A stretch of 64,000 nt of DNA from an uncultured virus (IMG/VR IMGVR_UViG_3300046514_000361) (IMGVR_UViG_3300046514_000361); one strand, 5' to 3'; numbered from the stretch's first letter, positions 28,601-38,185 are shown. Notes: generated from the letters alone by a model not told the origin. A program made the numbers and translations.

Positions 28601-30431
28601 CGCTCGCACCTCCGGGAACATCAGTGCTGCCCATGCGTCGGGCCGCACTCACGTCGGTCGGCGCCGTGCCGCCGCTCGCCGGTGGAGTGCCGCCTGTGTT
28701 TACGCCGCCAGGACCACCCGTGGCGAAACCAGTCGGATCAGCGTTGCCCGTGCCGGTGCCGGTGCCCGTGCCGGTGCCGGTGCCGGTGCCCGCGCCTGTG
28801 CCCGCGCCTGTGCCCGTGCCTGTATCAGTGCCGCTGCCAAAACCCGGCAGGCCGCCGAGGCCCTGCATGATCGAAGCGCCCAATGCGCCACCGGCTGCGC
28901 CGCTCTCTGCCGTGCCCGCGCCGGTCCCACCCGGAGTCCCGGCGGTCCCGCCCTTGGCTTTGCCCGGCCCAGACGTCCTGAACAGAAACTCGTTGAGTCG
29001 TTTCAATTCGTCGGTGAGTTGCTTCTCGGTCTTGATCTGTTCGTCAGCCTGATCACCGAGGCCGAACCCTTTCTGCTGCGCAGGCGTGTGTATCGTGACC
29101 CGCTCGCCCGGCGACGCCATGAAGCTGATCGGCTCGCTGTCATCACCGCCGGTGCCGCCGACCATAAACGCGCCGCCGGTCTGGAAGCCACTCGAACGCG
29201 GAGCATAACGTCCGCGATAGAAACCTTGTGACGGCGGATGTGCGGTATCACGCACAGGTGGCCGTGGCCGTTCTCTTTCGCTACTTGGTACAGCCTCTCC
29301 CTTTGCTCGCGCCTGACGCTGCCTTTCTAGTCGTTCCTCTTGTTCTCTGGCGGTCTTCTCCCACTCGCTGAAAATATGGTCCATATGGTTAGCAAACGCT
29401 GTCAGACCGCGAATGACTGCGTTGATACCGGGCGCGCTAAACCGTCCGAAGAATAATGCGGCGGAGTCATCCATTCTCTTCCAGGCACCCGCCATAGCAT
29501 TGACGTTCTCAATATATTCTTTGGCCATTTTCTCGCGCGTTTGCCATGCCGCAAGCTCGTCTGGCGTCATTCCGGCAAACGCAGATTTTACCCGCCAAAG
29601 GTCATGCGTATGAGCAATCTCCCCGGCCATTTCTCGTGCGTGGGCCGCCCTGCTCCGAGCCTCGTCGTCGGAATACATGCGGTTGCCCTGCGCATCGCGG
29701 ACAGCCTGCATTGCCTTGAATGTGTTCTCGTAAGTTAAATTCTGGACGTTTCTCACCCAATTGGCTAAGCCGACGACATCTGATTTTTCTAGTTCCTGTA
29801 ATCTCTGCATCATGGCTTCGCGTTGTGCGACGGCGAGGCCCGCTCCTTGCAGGTATTGCTGAATAACCTGACTGTTCCCCTTCGTCTTGTCGGCCAATGT
29901 ATCGGACAGCCCCTTCAAGTTTTCGGTAATTTGCGACTCGGTCAAACCGGCATCGCGCATCTGTTGGCTTAATTTTTCATACTGACCGCCGAGCAAGCCG
30001 AGCCTCTGCGAGGCAACGGTGATGGCGTCCGTACTTCTCGAAAAGCGGTCGAGTGATTTATATGCTTCCGCTGCGGCGCCTGCGACGACGAGCATAGGCC
30101 CAGCAATGGCGCCGATGCGACCGGCAAGCGGCAAAACCTTTTCGCCGACCGCCCCAAAGCCTTCGGTTAGTGGCTTTAATGCTCCTGTTAGTTCGCCCGC
30201 GCCCTTCGACATTACGCCGAAGATGCGGCCCCAGTCGTGCCCGGCGAATTTCTTTATCTGCTCTTCGAGTACCTTCGTCAGGTCGCCAACTTTGGTAACG
30301 TGGCCATGAAATTGTTTCAGGGCCTCGCCACCACCCATCCTGTCAATCTCGTCATTGATCTTCCGCAGGCCGGGCGAAGCATTGTCCTGCAGATTGACGG
30401 TTAGCTGTAGTTCTTCGTATTCAGTTGCCAT
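25632..30431 (-). CDS. tape measure protein with embedded peptidoglycan-active domains and C-terminal repeats
   Basis: Position between chaperone and gpN; helical N-term; M15-like, SleB-like and LD-transpeptidase-like motifs. Confidence 0.8.
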   Translation of the reverse strand: MATEYEELQLTVNLQDNASPGLRKINDEIDRMGGGEALKQFHGHVTKVGDLTKVLEEQIKKFAGHDWGRIFGVMSKGAGELTGALKPLTEGFGAVGEKVLPLAGRIGAIAGPMLVVAGAAAEAYKSLDRFSRSTDAITVASQRLGLLGGQYEKLSQQMRDAGLTESQITENLKGLSDTLADKTKGNSQVIQQYLQGAGLAVAQREAMMQRLQELEKSDVVGLANWVRNVQNLTYENTFKAMQAVRDAQGNRMYSDDEARSRAAHAREMAGEIAHTHDLWRVKSAFAGMTPDELAAWQTREKMAKEYIENVNAMAGAWKRMDDSAALFFGRFSAPGINAVIRGLTAFANHMDHIFSEWEKTAREQEERLERQRQARAKGEAVPSSERERPRPPVRDTAHPPSQGFYRGRYAPRSSGFQTGGAFMVGGTGGDDSEPISFMASPGERVTIHTPAQQKGFGLGDQADEQIKTEKQLTDELKRLNEFLFRTSGPGKAKGGTAGTPGGTGAGTAESGAAGGALGASIMQGLGGLPGFGSGTDTGTGTGAGTGAGTGTGTGTGTGTGTGNADPTGFATGGPGGVNTGGTPPASGGTAPTDVSAARRMGSTDVPGGASGLPVGGNTGTGGGSGGRFNVPAGTRPIGAGESETVTLSNGSRVTVNKRGAAQFQGFFNDLIAAGAPVRNLGGVGARPGNASQHPVGLAVDWAQHSRNVVDRDVQAWISNNRSTLNALEQKWGMSGGEHWRNPDTGHFSIDTLGGSNVDAPGGGGGGGGGGGGGGGGGGGLAGFGGGGGGGFPAMGPMGGMIGRLLGGLGGGGGFGGFGGGRGMGGFGGMLGGLLGGGGGIFNMLGGLLGGGGRGFGGGGIFSMLGGLFGGGGFGGGGRGFGGGGFGGGGRHRGGGGGGGGGGNAAVPAAGTPAAASGDVNANLAKDRERFRAELQQKPWLREKLLGIGAGENRDPAANQAVFEETMNRASVSGHSLEHEARTTREGGYYAGYNPGALRDAGFRAASEARLESALAGSNVSNFATDNSSGGLAQREGSSGRFVQQFTSGGEYFWSPGTSGNFSRAKWLEWQKRMAAGQITHLDGAGAGAGAGAGAGAGGGTGPSGPLAMGAEPDQANRPYKIGGNLALGGQTFHWESGGMKRGSIPYGTYDVNIGRGDIGPIGQRIGSIATVGGAGGVINDPKYPGQPRGGIQIHPGSGDTLDRMFTEGCFSVSRKEWPAFKQALLKEAHNGPLVLNVGRDGRASIFTKKMLEQGGVSQGMVSPGGGGGGGGGGGIPVSEGGLGGMGAPVSGLPPGFRDDERGGGPSSIGGTWTGGAGRSFAGGYGGIGKGGYGTPGMTPSGRPGLGATDPAGTASRDMSSSAIDATGRPGLGKSDPAGSQSRDTKSLSGSGWNRPGFGNSDPSGTASRDSKELSGSGFNQRPGLGNSDPSGTASRDSKDLSGSGFNQRPGLGRSDPSGTASRDDPTRGINFGGDPTRPGLGRSDPSGSRSRDDPTTGSGAFDPTRGGLFDPTMRGGRSDPTGSMLAIDRANIDAATTHRVEGTGKISVDVNAPRGTKVSASSGGLFKKVSVQRQTQMEPAASSLGKGSEGEATGRAGVE
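25865..26410 (-). repeat. six RPG(L/F)Gx(S/T)DPxGxxSRD peptide repeats plus one partial
   Basis: Read directly from the translation. Confidence 0.85.
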
Positions 30432-30624
30432 TGTCGTCTTCCGACGCACGCGCACTTCGCCGAAGCTCGGCGATCTTTGCGGTGCGCATCAAATGAATTC
30501 TGACTTCAGACAACGGCATGGCGAGAAACACCTCCGGGTTCTGGTGGTACCATTGGGCGAGCCAGTAGCAGTCGAGGACGATGTTTTCGTCCTCACCTAC
30601 CACCACGGCTCCGGAATAAAAAAA
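30421..30624 (-). CDS. tail assembly chaperone -1 frameshift extension
   Basis: Open in the -1 frame after the T7 run: YSGAVVVGEDENIVLDCYWLAQWY... Confidence 0.7.
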   Translation of the reverse strand, partial: FFYSGAVVVGEDENIVLDCYWLAQWYHQNPEVFLAMPLSEVRIHLMRTAKIAELRRSARASEDDNGN

Positions 30625-31067
30625 CCGCGCAATCTGTACGCACACGTATTCCAGTCGCGCGGGTCCATGCGTTCGAGATGCGGACTGAGCACGCCCGAGA
30701 GCGCGGCCATCATCATCGTCATCTTGCGTTCATCGATGATGACCTCGCCCGTCGTATCGATGCGGCACGGGTTGCCGTATCGGTTGATGTCGCCGCCAGT
30801 CGGTTCGCGAAACAAAAGCTCTCGAACCTCCTCTGGCCTGTCGGTGCGGAGCGCCTTGTGTCGCAACGGGACTTTGATTGGCCACGTCTCGACAATTGCG
30901 GGCGTATCTGGCTCCGCAGGCGGTGCGGCTGCTGCTGGCGCTGGTGCGGCAGCGACCGGTGCAGCCGCTGGTGCAGCGGGTGCCGGTGCGGGTGGTGCGA
31001 CGGGCTTCGGGTCGTCGGCCTGAAACCCCTCGCGGATAGGACGAACAGGCACATTCATGACGATCAC
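30597..31067 (-). CDS. tail assembly chaperone (Mu gp41/P2 gpE-like)
   Basis: LLFREPTGGD...LERMDPRDW...GFF; follows the tube gene. Confidence 0.8.
   Translation of the reverse strand: MIVMNVPVRPIREGFQADDPKPVAPPAPAPAAPAAAPVAAAPAPAAAAPPAEPDTPAIVETWPIKVPLRHKALRTDRPEEVRELLFREPTGGDINRYGNPCRIDTTGEVIIDERKMTMMMAALSGVLSPHLERMDPRDWNTCAYRLRGFFIPEPWW
30618..30624 (-). other. slippery heptamer T TTT TTT (programmed -1 frameshift)
   Basis: CGC GGT TTT TTT ATT at the chaperone 3' end. Confidence 0.7.
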
Positions 31068-31471
31068 CCTGGCCCAGGCCCGACTGGCGGCGGTGTGCTG
31101 GGCGCACCGATGGGCATCTCATGGCAGACCAGCCCTTCCCATCGCACGCGCACCTGACCGTCGCGCGTGTTGTTGTCGAAGCCGCCTTTGCAGGTTGCTC
31201 CCTCAAGGCTGTACTGCAGCCCGTTGGCGAGTTGGGCGACGACGTTGACGTTGGTCTGGGCCGCAAGGGCTTCCAGACTCAAATCCGGCAACGTCGAGAT
31301 GTCGCCTTCGATGTACGGGACACGGGGCAATTCTTGGTACCCGTGAATCCGATCTTGGCCTGCGATCATCGTGCGCTCGAACCCGGTCGGCGACACGGTG
31401 AAGTTGCCGCGCAAGGCGTATTCATTTCCATCGATCTTGAGATGAGCAACGCCCGCGAATCTTTGTGCCAT
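31064..31471 (-). CDS. tail tube protein (Mu gpM-like)
   Basis: AGVAHLKIDG...GQDRIHGYQELPRVPYIEG. Confidence 0.85.
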   Translation of the reverse strand: MAQRFAGVAHLKIDGNEYALRGNFTVSPTGFERTMIAGQDRIHGYQELPRVPYIEGDISTLPDLSLEALAAQTNVNVVAQLANGLQYSLEGATCKGGFDNNTRDGQVRVRWEGLVCHEMPIGAPSTPPPVGPGPG

Positions 31472-31517
31472 CGTCGTGGCTCCTGGTTAGGGTTGAGTTG
31501 TTGAGGTTTGGTTTGGA

Positions 31518-33092
31518 TCAGGCGGCGGGCGCGATACCGGTCACGCCGATCTGCGGACCAATGATCGCGGTATCGATGCCCCGGTCGTATTGCAGGCGGA
31601 ATTGCGCCAACACGGCGAAAATCCGCAATTGGTTGATGAGGTCCGGCGGATAGAGCACGTTCAGGCGGTTCGGATCATTCGAATCACGCTCGACTAGGAG
31701 GTTGGCTTTGAATGCCGCGAGGTTTTCGCAAAGCCCGTTGAACTCATCGAGGCTGTACTGCGAGACGAGTTCGGCTTTGATAATTCCAGGCGTGACGATT
31801 GCCTGTCCCTGACCAAACCGCGTGCCGTCGTCGGCCAGCTTGCAGCGCGGATACTTCGACGTGATCAGTTGCCGCTGATTGCGCAGCAGCTTCGCGAGCG
31901 TGGCGAGCGTCGTCACCAATTCGTAGGCGTCGTCGCTCTGACCGTACAGATTGAGTTGGTAGGTCGTCTGCTCACGCGCGATCATTGGCTGATTGTCGCT
32001 GCCAGCCTTCTGGATCGCGAGGCCGTTCGATGCGATGCTGTTCATCTCCACGAAGTCGAACCGCTGGTGCAAAGGGGCGAGCTTGATCTTGTTGAGCGTG
32101 AGTGTCTGCAGCGGGCGGGCCGGGTCATTCGAGAGCGCGCGCTGTGCTTTGGCCGTATATGCGGCGGTCCACTCGAACGACGGCGATGGACTGCCCACCT
32201 CGACCGCCATGATCGAGGTAACGCCCGAGTTCTGCGTCGCACCGAACGTTACAAGGTCCGGATAGATGCCGCGCTTTGCCGAGAAGATCGACCCGAAGAG
32301 TTGCCGCTCCCAGCCCCAGCGCCCAAGGTCCGTAAAACCGTACTCCTCATTCCAGTCGAATAAGCTGTTGGAGTCGGTATACGGCATCGCGACATACTCG
32401 AACGGCATCTCGCCGAGGTTCGAGATTGCAGTAGCGAAGTCTGGCGTGCCTACCCCACCGGTGAGAAAGCCTGTCGTTGGCACTTCGATCCCGAGATCGT
32501 GCGGCAAAATCTCGCCGCCAATCGGGCCGTAGTAGTTCAGGCTCACATTGATCTCGTTGCCGCCAACGCCCTTCCAGATGCAAGTCAATACAACGTCGCC
32601 AGCCGTTGCCACCGCCGTCACGGGCAGATCGAGATTTTCGTTGATTGCATCGGCAATGGACGTTCCGATGCTATCCATGGTGTCAGTCGAGTGGATATTC
32701 ACCGGGATGTGTTCGCCGCAGATATAGAGATGGATTGTTCCGGCTTCGCTTGCCACATCGGTGATCTTGATCGTGCCGGTCGCTGCGGTTGCAGCAACAG
32801 TTTCCGACACGCCCAATCCCCACACTTCGTTTGCGAAGTTATTGGCGAAATAAGCCTTGAACATACGGGCGATCTCCGACCCTTGTCCGAAGGCTGCGTC
32901 GGCCTGCGCCTGTGAGCCGATGGCAAGCGGCACGTCTGGCGGTGCGTGGCCGCCATTCATGGCGTCGAGCATCGTGCCGACAATCAGCGCCCGCAGGCCA
33001 AGTTGCGGGAGACCCGCCTTCGATGGGTCAACTTCAACCCAGTAGAGCGGGACTTTTATGTTCGATGGAATTTGGGAAAAGCTAATGGGCAT
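31518..33092 (-). CDS. tail sheath protein (Mu gpL-like)
   Basis: ISFSQIPSNIKVPLYWVEVD; DPARPLQTL; KLADDGTRF; PPDLINQLRIFA. Confidence 0.95.
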   Translation of the reverse strand: MPISFSQIPSNIKVPLYWVEVDPSKAGLPQLGLRALIVGTMLDAMNGGHAPPDVPLAIGSQAQADAAFGQGSEIARMFKAYFANNFANEVWGLGVSETVAATAATGTIKITDVASEAGTIHLYICGEHIPVNIHSTDTMDSIGTSIADAINENLDLPVTAVATAGDVVLTCIWKGVGGNEINVSLNYYGPIGGEILPHDLGIEVPTTGFLTGGVGTPDFATAISNLGEMPFEYVAMPYTDSNSLFDWNEEYGFTDLGRWGWERQLFGSIFSAKRGIYPDLVTFGATQNSGVTSIMAVEVGSPSPSFEWTAAYTAKAQRALSNDPARPLQTLTLNKIKLAPLHQRFDFVEMNSIASNGLAIQKAGSDNQPMIAREQTTYQLNLYGQSDDAYELVTTLATLAKLLRNQRQLITSKYPRCKLADDGTRFGQGQAIVTPGIIKAELVSQYSLDEFNGLCENLAAFKANLLVERDSNDPNRLNVLYPPDLINQLRIFAVLAQFRLQYDRGIDTAIIGPQIGVTGIAPAA

Positions 33093-33120
33093 TGCTTTGT
33101 CCTTTCAGGTTGACGAAACG

Positions 33121-33147
33121 AAAAAGGGGCCGCGCGATGCAGCCCCT
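33121..33147 (-). terminator. hairpin + T5 upstream of the sheath gene
   Basis: Minus strand ggggctgc atcgc gcggcccc ttttt. Confidence 0.55.
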
Positions 33148-33174
33148 CGGTCGGCAGGGTTTGGTTTGAGAAGA

Positions 33175-33507
33175 TCAGCCGGTCGGCGTTTCCGTTGCGG
33201 CGCCGCCGCGATGCTGACGTGGCTGCGGCGGCGAACGAGACGACGACTGCGCGGATTGCTCGATCACTTTGACCGACCCGTCCGCGATACGACGTCGGGT
33301 GAAGCGGTCCTGGGGCCAAAGGGCCGATCCGCTGTTTTGCGGAAACTTTGTCCCGTTTGGATGCTTGAGATACTTGCGATAGTCGTCCTTCGTCGGCTCG
33401 ACCTGGAGCATCGGCCGCTTCGGCGTTAGCTCCCTGACCCGATCATTCCTGGCCTTGAGAAATTTCGCGCGCTCGCTCATGCCGTTGTTCTTAGCGTTCT
33501 CCGTCAT
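33175..33507 (-). CDS. DUF2635-like (Mu gp38-like) small protein
   Basis: WPQDRFTRRRIADGSV; directly upstream of sheath. Confidence 0.6.
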   Translation of the reverse strand: MTENAKNNGMSERAKFLKARNDRVRELTPKRPMLQVEPTKDDYRKYLKHPNGTKFPQNSGSALWPQDRFTRRRIADGSVKVIEQSAQSSSRSPPQPRQHRGGAATETPTG

Positions 33508-34162
33508 TTGCCGTCTCCTTTGCAGGGTTGAACTCGTATTCAGTGATGATGCGTTGCACCTCACTCGCATCAGGAACCGTGCCGTCCTTTTTGAGCCACA
33601 CGCTTTCCTGATGGAGATGGAGAAAGTCGTCGGTCACTATCGCGCCGTACTCGGCGCGATACATCGCGGTCGCGGTGTATTGCAGTTCGGCATAGGGCTT
33701 CTCGCCGTTGAGGCCGCCAGCGCCCCAATCGTGCGTGCGTCGGCCCTTCTCGATTGCTTCGACGCGCACGTTGTCGGGCATGTCTGAGTTGATCACGTTC
33801 ATCAAATTTGGATCACGCCACAGCCCGTTCATGATCGACCAGAACGCCTGATCGAGCTTGAGTTCGGCGAGGACTGGATCGTTATGTTCGATCAGAACCT
33901 GCCAGCCGATTTGAAGCCGATGGATGAAACGGATTTCACCGGCATTTGGATCGCCATCCGGACCCATGTCCTCGCTGACGATGTAGACGCCGAGGTATGG
34001 AATATGAATTTGCCAGATTGGCAGTTGCTTGCTTCGGCGCGCCGTGAAGCCTTGAAAAAACGGCAGCAGAACGGTCTTTGCAAAAAATGCGTCACGAATA
34101 ACCGAAGAATAGCTTTGCGTGTCGGTGACCCCGCGCGCGCTTACGGTGCTGGCGGCAACCAT
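33491..34162 (-). CDS. tail completion/terminator-like protein
   Basis: Synteny between head-tail genes and sheath. Confidence 0.55.
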   Translation of the reverse strand: MVAASTVSARGVTDTQSYSSVIRDAFFAKTVLLPFFQGFTARRSKQLPIWQIHIPYLGVYIVSEDMGPDGDPNAGEIRFIHRLQIGWQVLIEHNDPVLAELKLDQAFWSIMNGLWRDPNLMNVINSDMPDNVRVEAIEKGRRTHDWGAGGLNGEKPYAELQYTATAMYRAEYGAIVTDDFLHLHQESVWLKKDGTVPDASEVQRIITEYEFNPAKETANDGER

Positions 34163-34530
34163 TTGCGCAAAACCAGTGTCGTCTCGCCGCCGCCGTTCGT
34201 GCTCGCGTTGGTGATCTCGAATTCGCCTTCGGCCGGGCCAGCGTCTGCCGGGCCGATGTAGCACCGGTCGAGTTGCAGCGGCAGCACGGCGAACTCGACC
34301 TCGCGGATATCGAGGATCGTCTGCTGATCGGCGAAAATCGCGCCGTCGAGGCCGACGACGTCGAGCGAACGCGTGCCAAAGATTCCGCGTGCCACGTATG
34401 ACGGGCCGTTCGGTTGCGACTCGTATGGATAGAACGTCACCGGCCGCGCGAACATGTCGAAGGCAGGCAGGTAGACCAGCGTCGAGAAGTTGACGCCGCT
34501 GCCGCCGCTGCCGCCTGGGGTCAATGGCAT
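34141..34530 (-). CDS. head-tail joining protein
   Basis: Synteny; ARGIF...P.Q.D....NGGGETTLVL. Confidence 0.6.
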   Translation of the reverse strand: MPLTPGGSGGSGVNFSTLVYLPAFDMFARPVTFYPYESQPNGPSYVARGIFGTRSLDVVGLDGAIFADQQTILDIREVEFAVLPLQLDRCYIGPADAGPAEGEFEITNASTNGGGETTLVLRKWLPPAP

Positions 34531-34531
34531 C

Positions 34532-35167
34532 TCAAACCTCGTAGCGCATGTAAGCCGACAACAGATCGGTCATACCGCCCGACACGGCGAGCGCCATGCC
34601 GCCTTTCTGCCCGTGCGCTCCGCTGAACGGATCGTAGAACATGACACGCGCATCCTTGTGCGAGATTGAGCGGACACCGCTGATGCCGAGACGGCTGACG
34701 TAGGCGAGTTCTTCGCGGATCAGAAGCTCGATGACTTGCTTCAACGCAGGCGGCGCGTCCTCGGGCAAGTCGTAACCGCCGGTGTATGTGACGACGACCG
34801 GTTCGCTGCGCGTCTCGAACAGTTCGAGCTTGCCGGATTTTTCCTCGAACTCGTAGGCGCCCGGATCAAGGATCGAGCCGCGCGGCGACTCGACCGTTGC
34901 GATGTCCGCTTCAAGCGCGGGATAGTGGCTGAGAAACACCCGGCGCGATCCCATACAGCGCCACGTCTCACGCACCTCTTCCTTGGCGAAGCAGCGATTG
35001 CACAGCGTCGCCACGAGATCGGAAAAGCGGGTGATCAGCGCCGCATATTGCTCGTCGTGCGTTGTGTCGCTGTCGGGGATGCCCATCGCCCCCTTGAGTT
35101 CTTCCAACGAGATTAGATCGAAGTTGTCAGCGGGCGTGATGATCTTGATGATGATGTCAGCCATCAC
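34532..35167 (-). CDS. head-tail connector (gp6-like)
   Basis: LISLEELK...CNRCF...VTYTGGYDLPEDAPPALKQ. Confidence 0.75.
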   Translation of the reverse strand: MMADIIIKIITPADNFDLISLEELKGAMGIPDSDTTHDEQYAALITRFSDLVATLCNRCFAKEEVRETWRCMGSRRVFLSHYPALEADIATVESPRGSILDPGAYEFEEKSGKLELFETRSEPVVVTYTGGYDLPEDAPPALKQVIELLIREELAYVSRLGISGVRSISHKDARVMFYDPFSGAHGQKGGMALAVSGGMTDLLSAYMRYEV

Positions 35168-36813
35168 TTAGCCTCGTCGTGGAATTGCTCGAACATCGCG
35201 CGCAGATCGAGCGGCGGTGCTGCGCTCGAATCGGACAAGAGCGGCGTCGCGAGATAGGCCGCGCGATTGATCTCCCAGCCGACGATCACCGGCGCAGCGG
35301 CACCATCCGCACCACGCGCGCCAGCCGCACCGGATTCGCCGCGCTCGCCCTTGAGTCCCTGGCGGCCCGGCTTCCCGGCCGACGCGATCAACTGCCAATC
35401 CGCGCCTGGGCACGCACCTGGGCTGTTCTTGCGTGCGATGAAGCTCGACCCGCCAAGGGCAACAATGTCGTGGCGAAGGTAGTGCTCAGTTTCGTTGAAC
35501 GTGCCGCGCACTCTCGGCATCGGCGCATCGCGCCCAGCCGCCGCGAGACAAATCCAATCGAGGTGCGGTGGCGCACGCCCGGTGTCGCATCGCGCCTGAA
35601 ATGTTGCGCCGTCGTGCGCAACGATCTGGCTGCGGTAGTACACCTTGTCTGGTTCGTAAGGGATCGCGACCGTCAGTTCGCCGACCGGACCTTGCTCGCC
35701 ACGCTCGCCTTTCTCGCCGCGTGATCCCGGCACGCCCGGCTTGCCCGGCTCACCCGGCAAACCGCGCTCGCCTGCCGGGCCGGGCAGTCCACGTTCGCCG
35801 CGCAGCCCCAGATCGCCGCGCTCGCCCGGCTCACCCTTGGGGCCGACAACGCCATTCATGCCGCGCTCGCCCTTCGGTCCTAGCGCACCGTCCATGCCGC
35901 GCTCGCCACGCGGCCCAGGATCGCCGCGCTCACCCTTCGCGCCGACTGCACCGACTGGCCCAGGCTCGCCGCGTGCGCCAGCCGCGCCAGCCGCACCGGG
36001 TTCGCCCTGCAGCCCGCGCTCGCCCGCTGGCCCGGCCGCACCATCTGCACCGTGTTCGCCGCGCTCGCCCTGCAGACCTTGGGGACCGACCGGCCCAGCT
36101 TCGCCGCGTTCGCCGGGCAGGCCGTCGAGGCCACGCTCGCCCGGTTCGCCACGCTCGCCGTCCTTGCCAGTCGCACCCGGATCGCCGGGCAAGCCGCGCT
36201 CACCCTGGGTGCCCGGCTCGCCGCGCTCACCCATCGGCCCTGGCAGGCCGCGTTCACCCGCTGCGCCGACCGTGCCCGGCTCACCCGAAAGCCCGCGCTC
36301 GCCTTGTGGACCTTGTTCGCCGCGCTCGCCGCGCTCGCCCATGGGGCCGGGCAAGCCGCGCTCGCCGGACAAACCGCGCTCGCCATCCTTGCCCGGTGCG
36401 CCATCCGCACCCGGCAACCCGCGTTCACCCCGCAGGCCCTGCAGGCCGCGCTCGCCGCGCTCGCCGGGCAGACCGGGCAGACCATCGAGGCCGCGCTCGC
36501 CCGGTTCGCCACGCTCGCCCATCGGCCCTGGTAGCCCACGCTCGCCGGGCAGACCCGGCTCGGCCGGTTTCACCTGGGCCAGATGCGTCGCGATCATCTC
36601 GCGCGAGTCGCCGCGCAGCGTGGCGACCTCGGCGCGTAGTTGGGCAATGGTCGCTGCGGTTTGCGCCATGAATAGCGCATGCTCGCGCTCCCACGCCGTT
36701 CGCTGGGTGGCGAGAACTTCGCCTAGCGCATCGCGCCACGCCTCAAGGAGACATTCGGCGGCCGAATCGGGCGGCGCTTGCAAAGACGTTGTGGACTTCC
36801 CGTTTGACGTCAT
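35164..36813 (-). CDS. collagen-like fibre protein with CBM5/12-like C-terminal modules
   Basis: 98 uninterrupted Gly-X-Y triplets (35674-36555). Confidence 0.85.
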   Translation of the reverse strand: MTSNGKSTTSLQAPPDSAAECLLEAWRDALGEVLATQRTAWEREHALFMAQTAATIAQLRAEVATLRGDSREMIATHLAQVKPAEPGLPGERGLPGPMGERGEPGERGLDGLPGLPGERGERGLQGLRGERGLPGADGAPGKDGERGLSGERGLPGPMGERGERGEQGPQGERGLSGEPGTVGAAGERGLPGPMGERGEPGTQGERGLPGDPGATGKDGERGEPGERGLDGLPGERGEAGPVGPQGLQGERGEHGADGAAGPAGERGLQGEPGAAGAAGARGEPGPVGAVGAKGERGDPGPRGERGMDGALGPKGERGMNGVVGPKGEPGERGDLGLRGERGLPGPAGERGLPGEPGKPGVPGSRGEKGERGEQGPVGELTVAIPYEPDKVYYRSQIVAHDGATFQARCDTGRAPPHLDWICLAAAGRDAPMPRVRGTFNETEHYLRHDIVALGGSSFIARKNSPGACPGADWQLIASAGKPGRQGLKGERGESGAAGARGADGAAAPVIVGWEINRAAYLATPLLSDSSAAPPLDLRAMFEQFHDEAK

Positions 36814-38185
36814 CGGGGTTGACCTTCTGCGGCGGCGGCTTCTGCTGATCTTCTGCCGCCGAGGCGGCCGGGGCCGCCGGTGGCGGTGCGTGTGGCGCAA
36901 ACGGTGCGGCGGCTGGCGGCGGCATCTGTCCAATCTGGCTAAGCGGCACAACCTGCTGCTGCACGCGCGGCTCCTCGCCGAATTTGACCTTGTCGAGTCC
37001 TTCGGCATTGCGCGCTTCGTTGGGCGAGTAGATGCCGCCCTGCACGCCACGCGCCAGCGCGTCGATCCGATCCTTCAACGCCGAGCGCAGCAGCGCCGCC
37101 GTGTCGAACTCGACGTATTCGTCCGGTTGTCCCTTGAGGTCGAACAAAACACCGATTGCTTCCTCGATGTGGTTGAGTGCAAAGCCGAGGCCAGAGGCGA
37201 TCCAGCTTTGCATCAGTTGTTCGGTCGAACCCATCGAACTGTTGCCGATGCCGAGCACCTGAAGCGGAATCCGGTAGGCGAGGGCGATGTGCTCGTTGCT
37301 GAGCTTGAGCATGTCGGCGGTCGCGGCATCGCGCCCGGCAACCGCCCACGGCTGCACCTTGAGGCCAGCGGTCAGGATCGGCGTGTTGCCCTGCGCCATA
37401 CCCTTGGCTTGTTCATTCCAGCGGTCGCGCAGATGCTGGGCCTGATCCTTGTCGAGCGTGAGATCGGTCGAGAGCACGGCCGAGGGCCGCGCTTCGTTCA
37501 TGTAAAAGTTTGCCTGCTGCATCGCTATGGCGTTGCTGACGTTCACATCGCCGTTGGCGGCAACGAGCGGCGACTCGCCGATCAGCGGCGTCGGATAGCG
37601 GCGATTCACGTTGAGACGAACGTGCAGGCAATCGCGCGCCGGAACGATCAACGGCTCCGGGCCGACACGCCGCTCGATGATGTCGTTGCCATAAAGCTGA
37701 TAAAAGATTTCGCCGTTGGTTGCCACCCGAGGATAGGACATGTTCGGGTGCATGAGGTGCAGTTCGCTGATCTCGTAGCGGTCGTTGCGCAGCCCGAGCG
37801 CGTAGGCGTTGCCATCGACGTAGAGCGAGCGCACGAGGTTGAGCAGAAAATCCGAGATTGTCTGGTAATCGTTCGGGTAACGCAGCAACCGCGCGAGCGC
37901 CGATGTCTTCACGCGATCACGGCCGCCCTTGCTGTTGAGCCGCCAGTGATCGCCGGGCAGCATGGCGATGGTCTGCGCATAGGCCGACACGCACGCTTCG
38001 ACCATCGCCGAGCGTTCGGAGAAGATCGGATTGTAACCTTGCTGCCACCAGTTCGCGCTGTCGCCGACGCCCGCTGGCAACCATCCGCCGGTGATCGGCA
38101 GATACCAGGGGCCTTGGCGAACATCCCCTTCGCCCTTGCGGACGAAGGGGGCAACGATCCGTGACAGCAGTTGAAGCGGCTTCAT
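36743..38185 (-). CDS. HK97-family portal protein
   Basis: LLRYPN.YQT; DGNAYA; IGESPL; NEARPS; YSPNEARNAEGL. Confidence 0.95.
   Translation of the reverse strand: MKPLQLLSRIVAPFVRKGEGDVRQGPWYLPITGGWLPAGVGDSANWWQQGYNPIFSERSAMVEACVSAYAQTIAMLPGDHWRLNSKGGRDRVKTSALARLLRYPNDYQTISDFLLNLVRSLYVDGNAYALGLRNDRYEISELHLMHPNMSYPRVATNGEIFYQLYGNDIIERRVGPEPLIVPARDCLHVRLNVNRRYPTPLIGESPLVAANGDVNVSNAIAMQQANFYMNEARPSAVLSTDLTLDKDQAQHLRDRWNEQAKGMAQGNTPILTAGLKVQPWAVAGRDAATADMLKLSNEHIALAYRIPLQVLGIGNSSMGSTEQLMQSWIASGLGFALNHIEEAIGVLFDLKGQPDEYVEFDTAALLRSALKDRIDALARGVQGGIYSPNEARNAEGLDKVKFGEEPRVQQQVVPLSQIGQMPPPAAAPFAPHAPPPAAPAASAAEDQQKPPPQKVNPDDVKREVHNVFASAARFGRRMSP

Noticed and set aside
27559..29052. 497-aa poly-Pro plus-strand ORF
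   Set aside because: Antisense shadow of the TMP poly-Gly linkers
35741..38164. 807-aa plus-strand Pro/Ser/Arg ORF
   Set aside because: Antisense shadow of the collagen and portal genes
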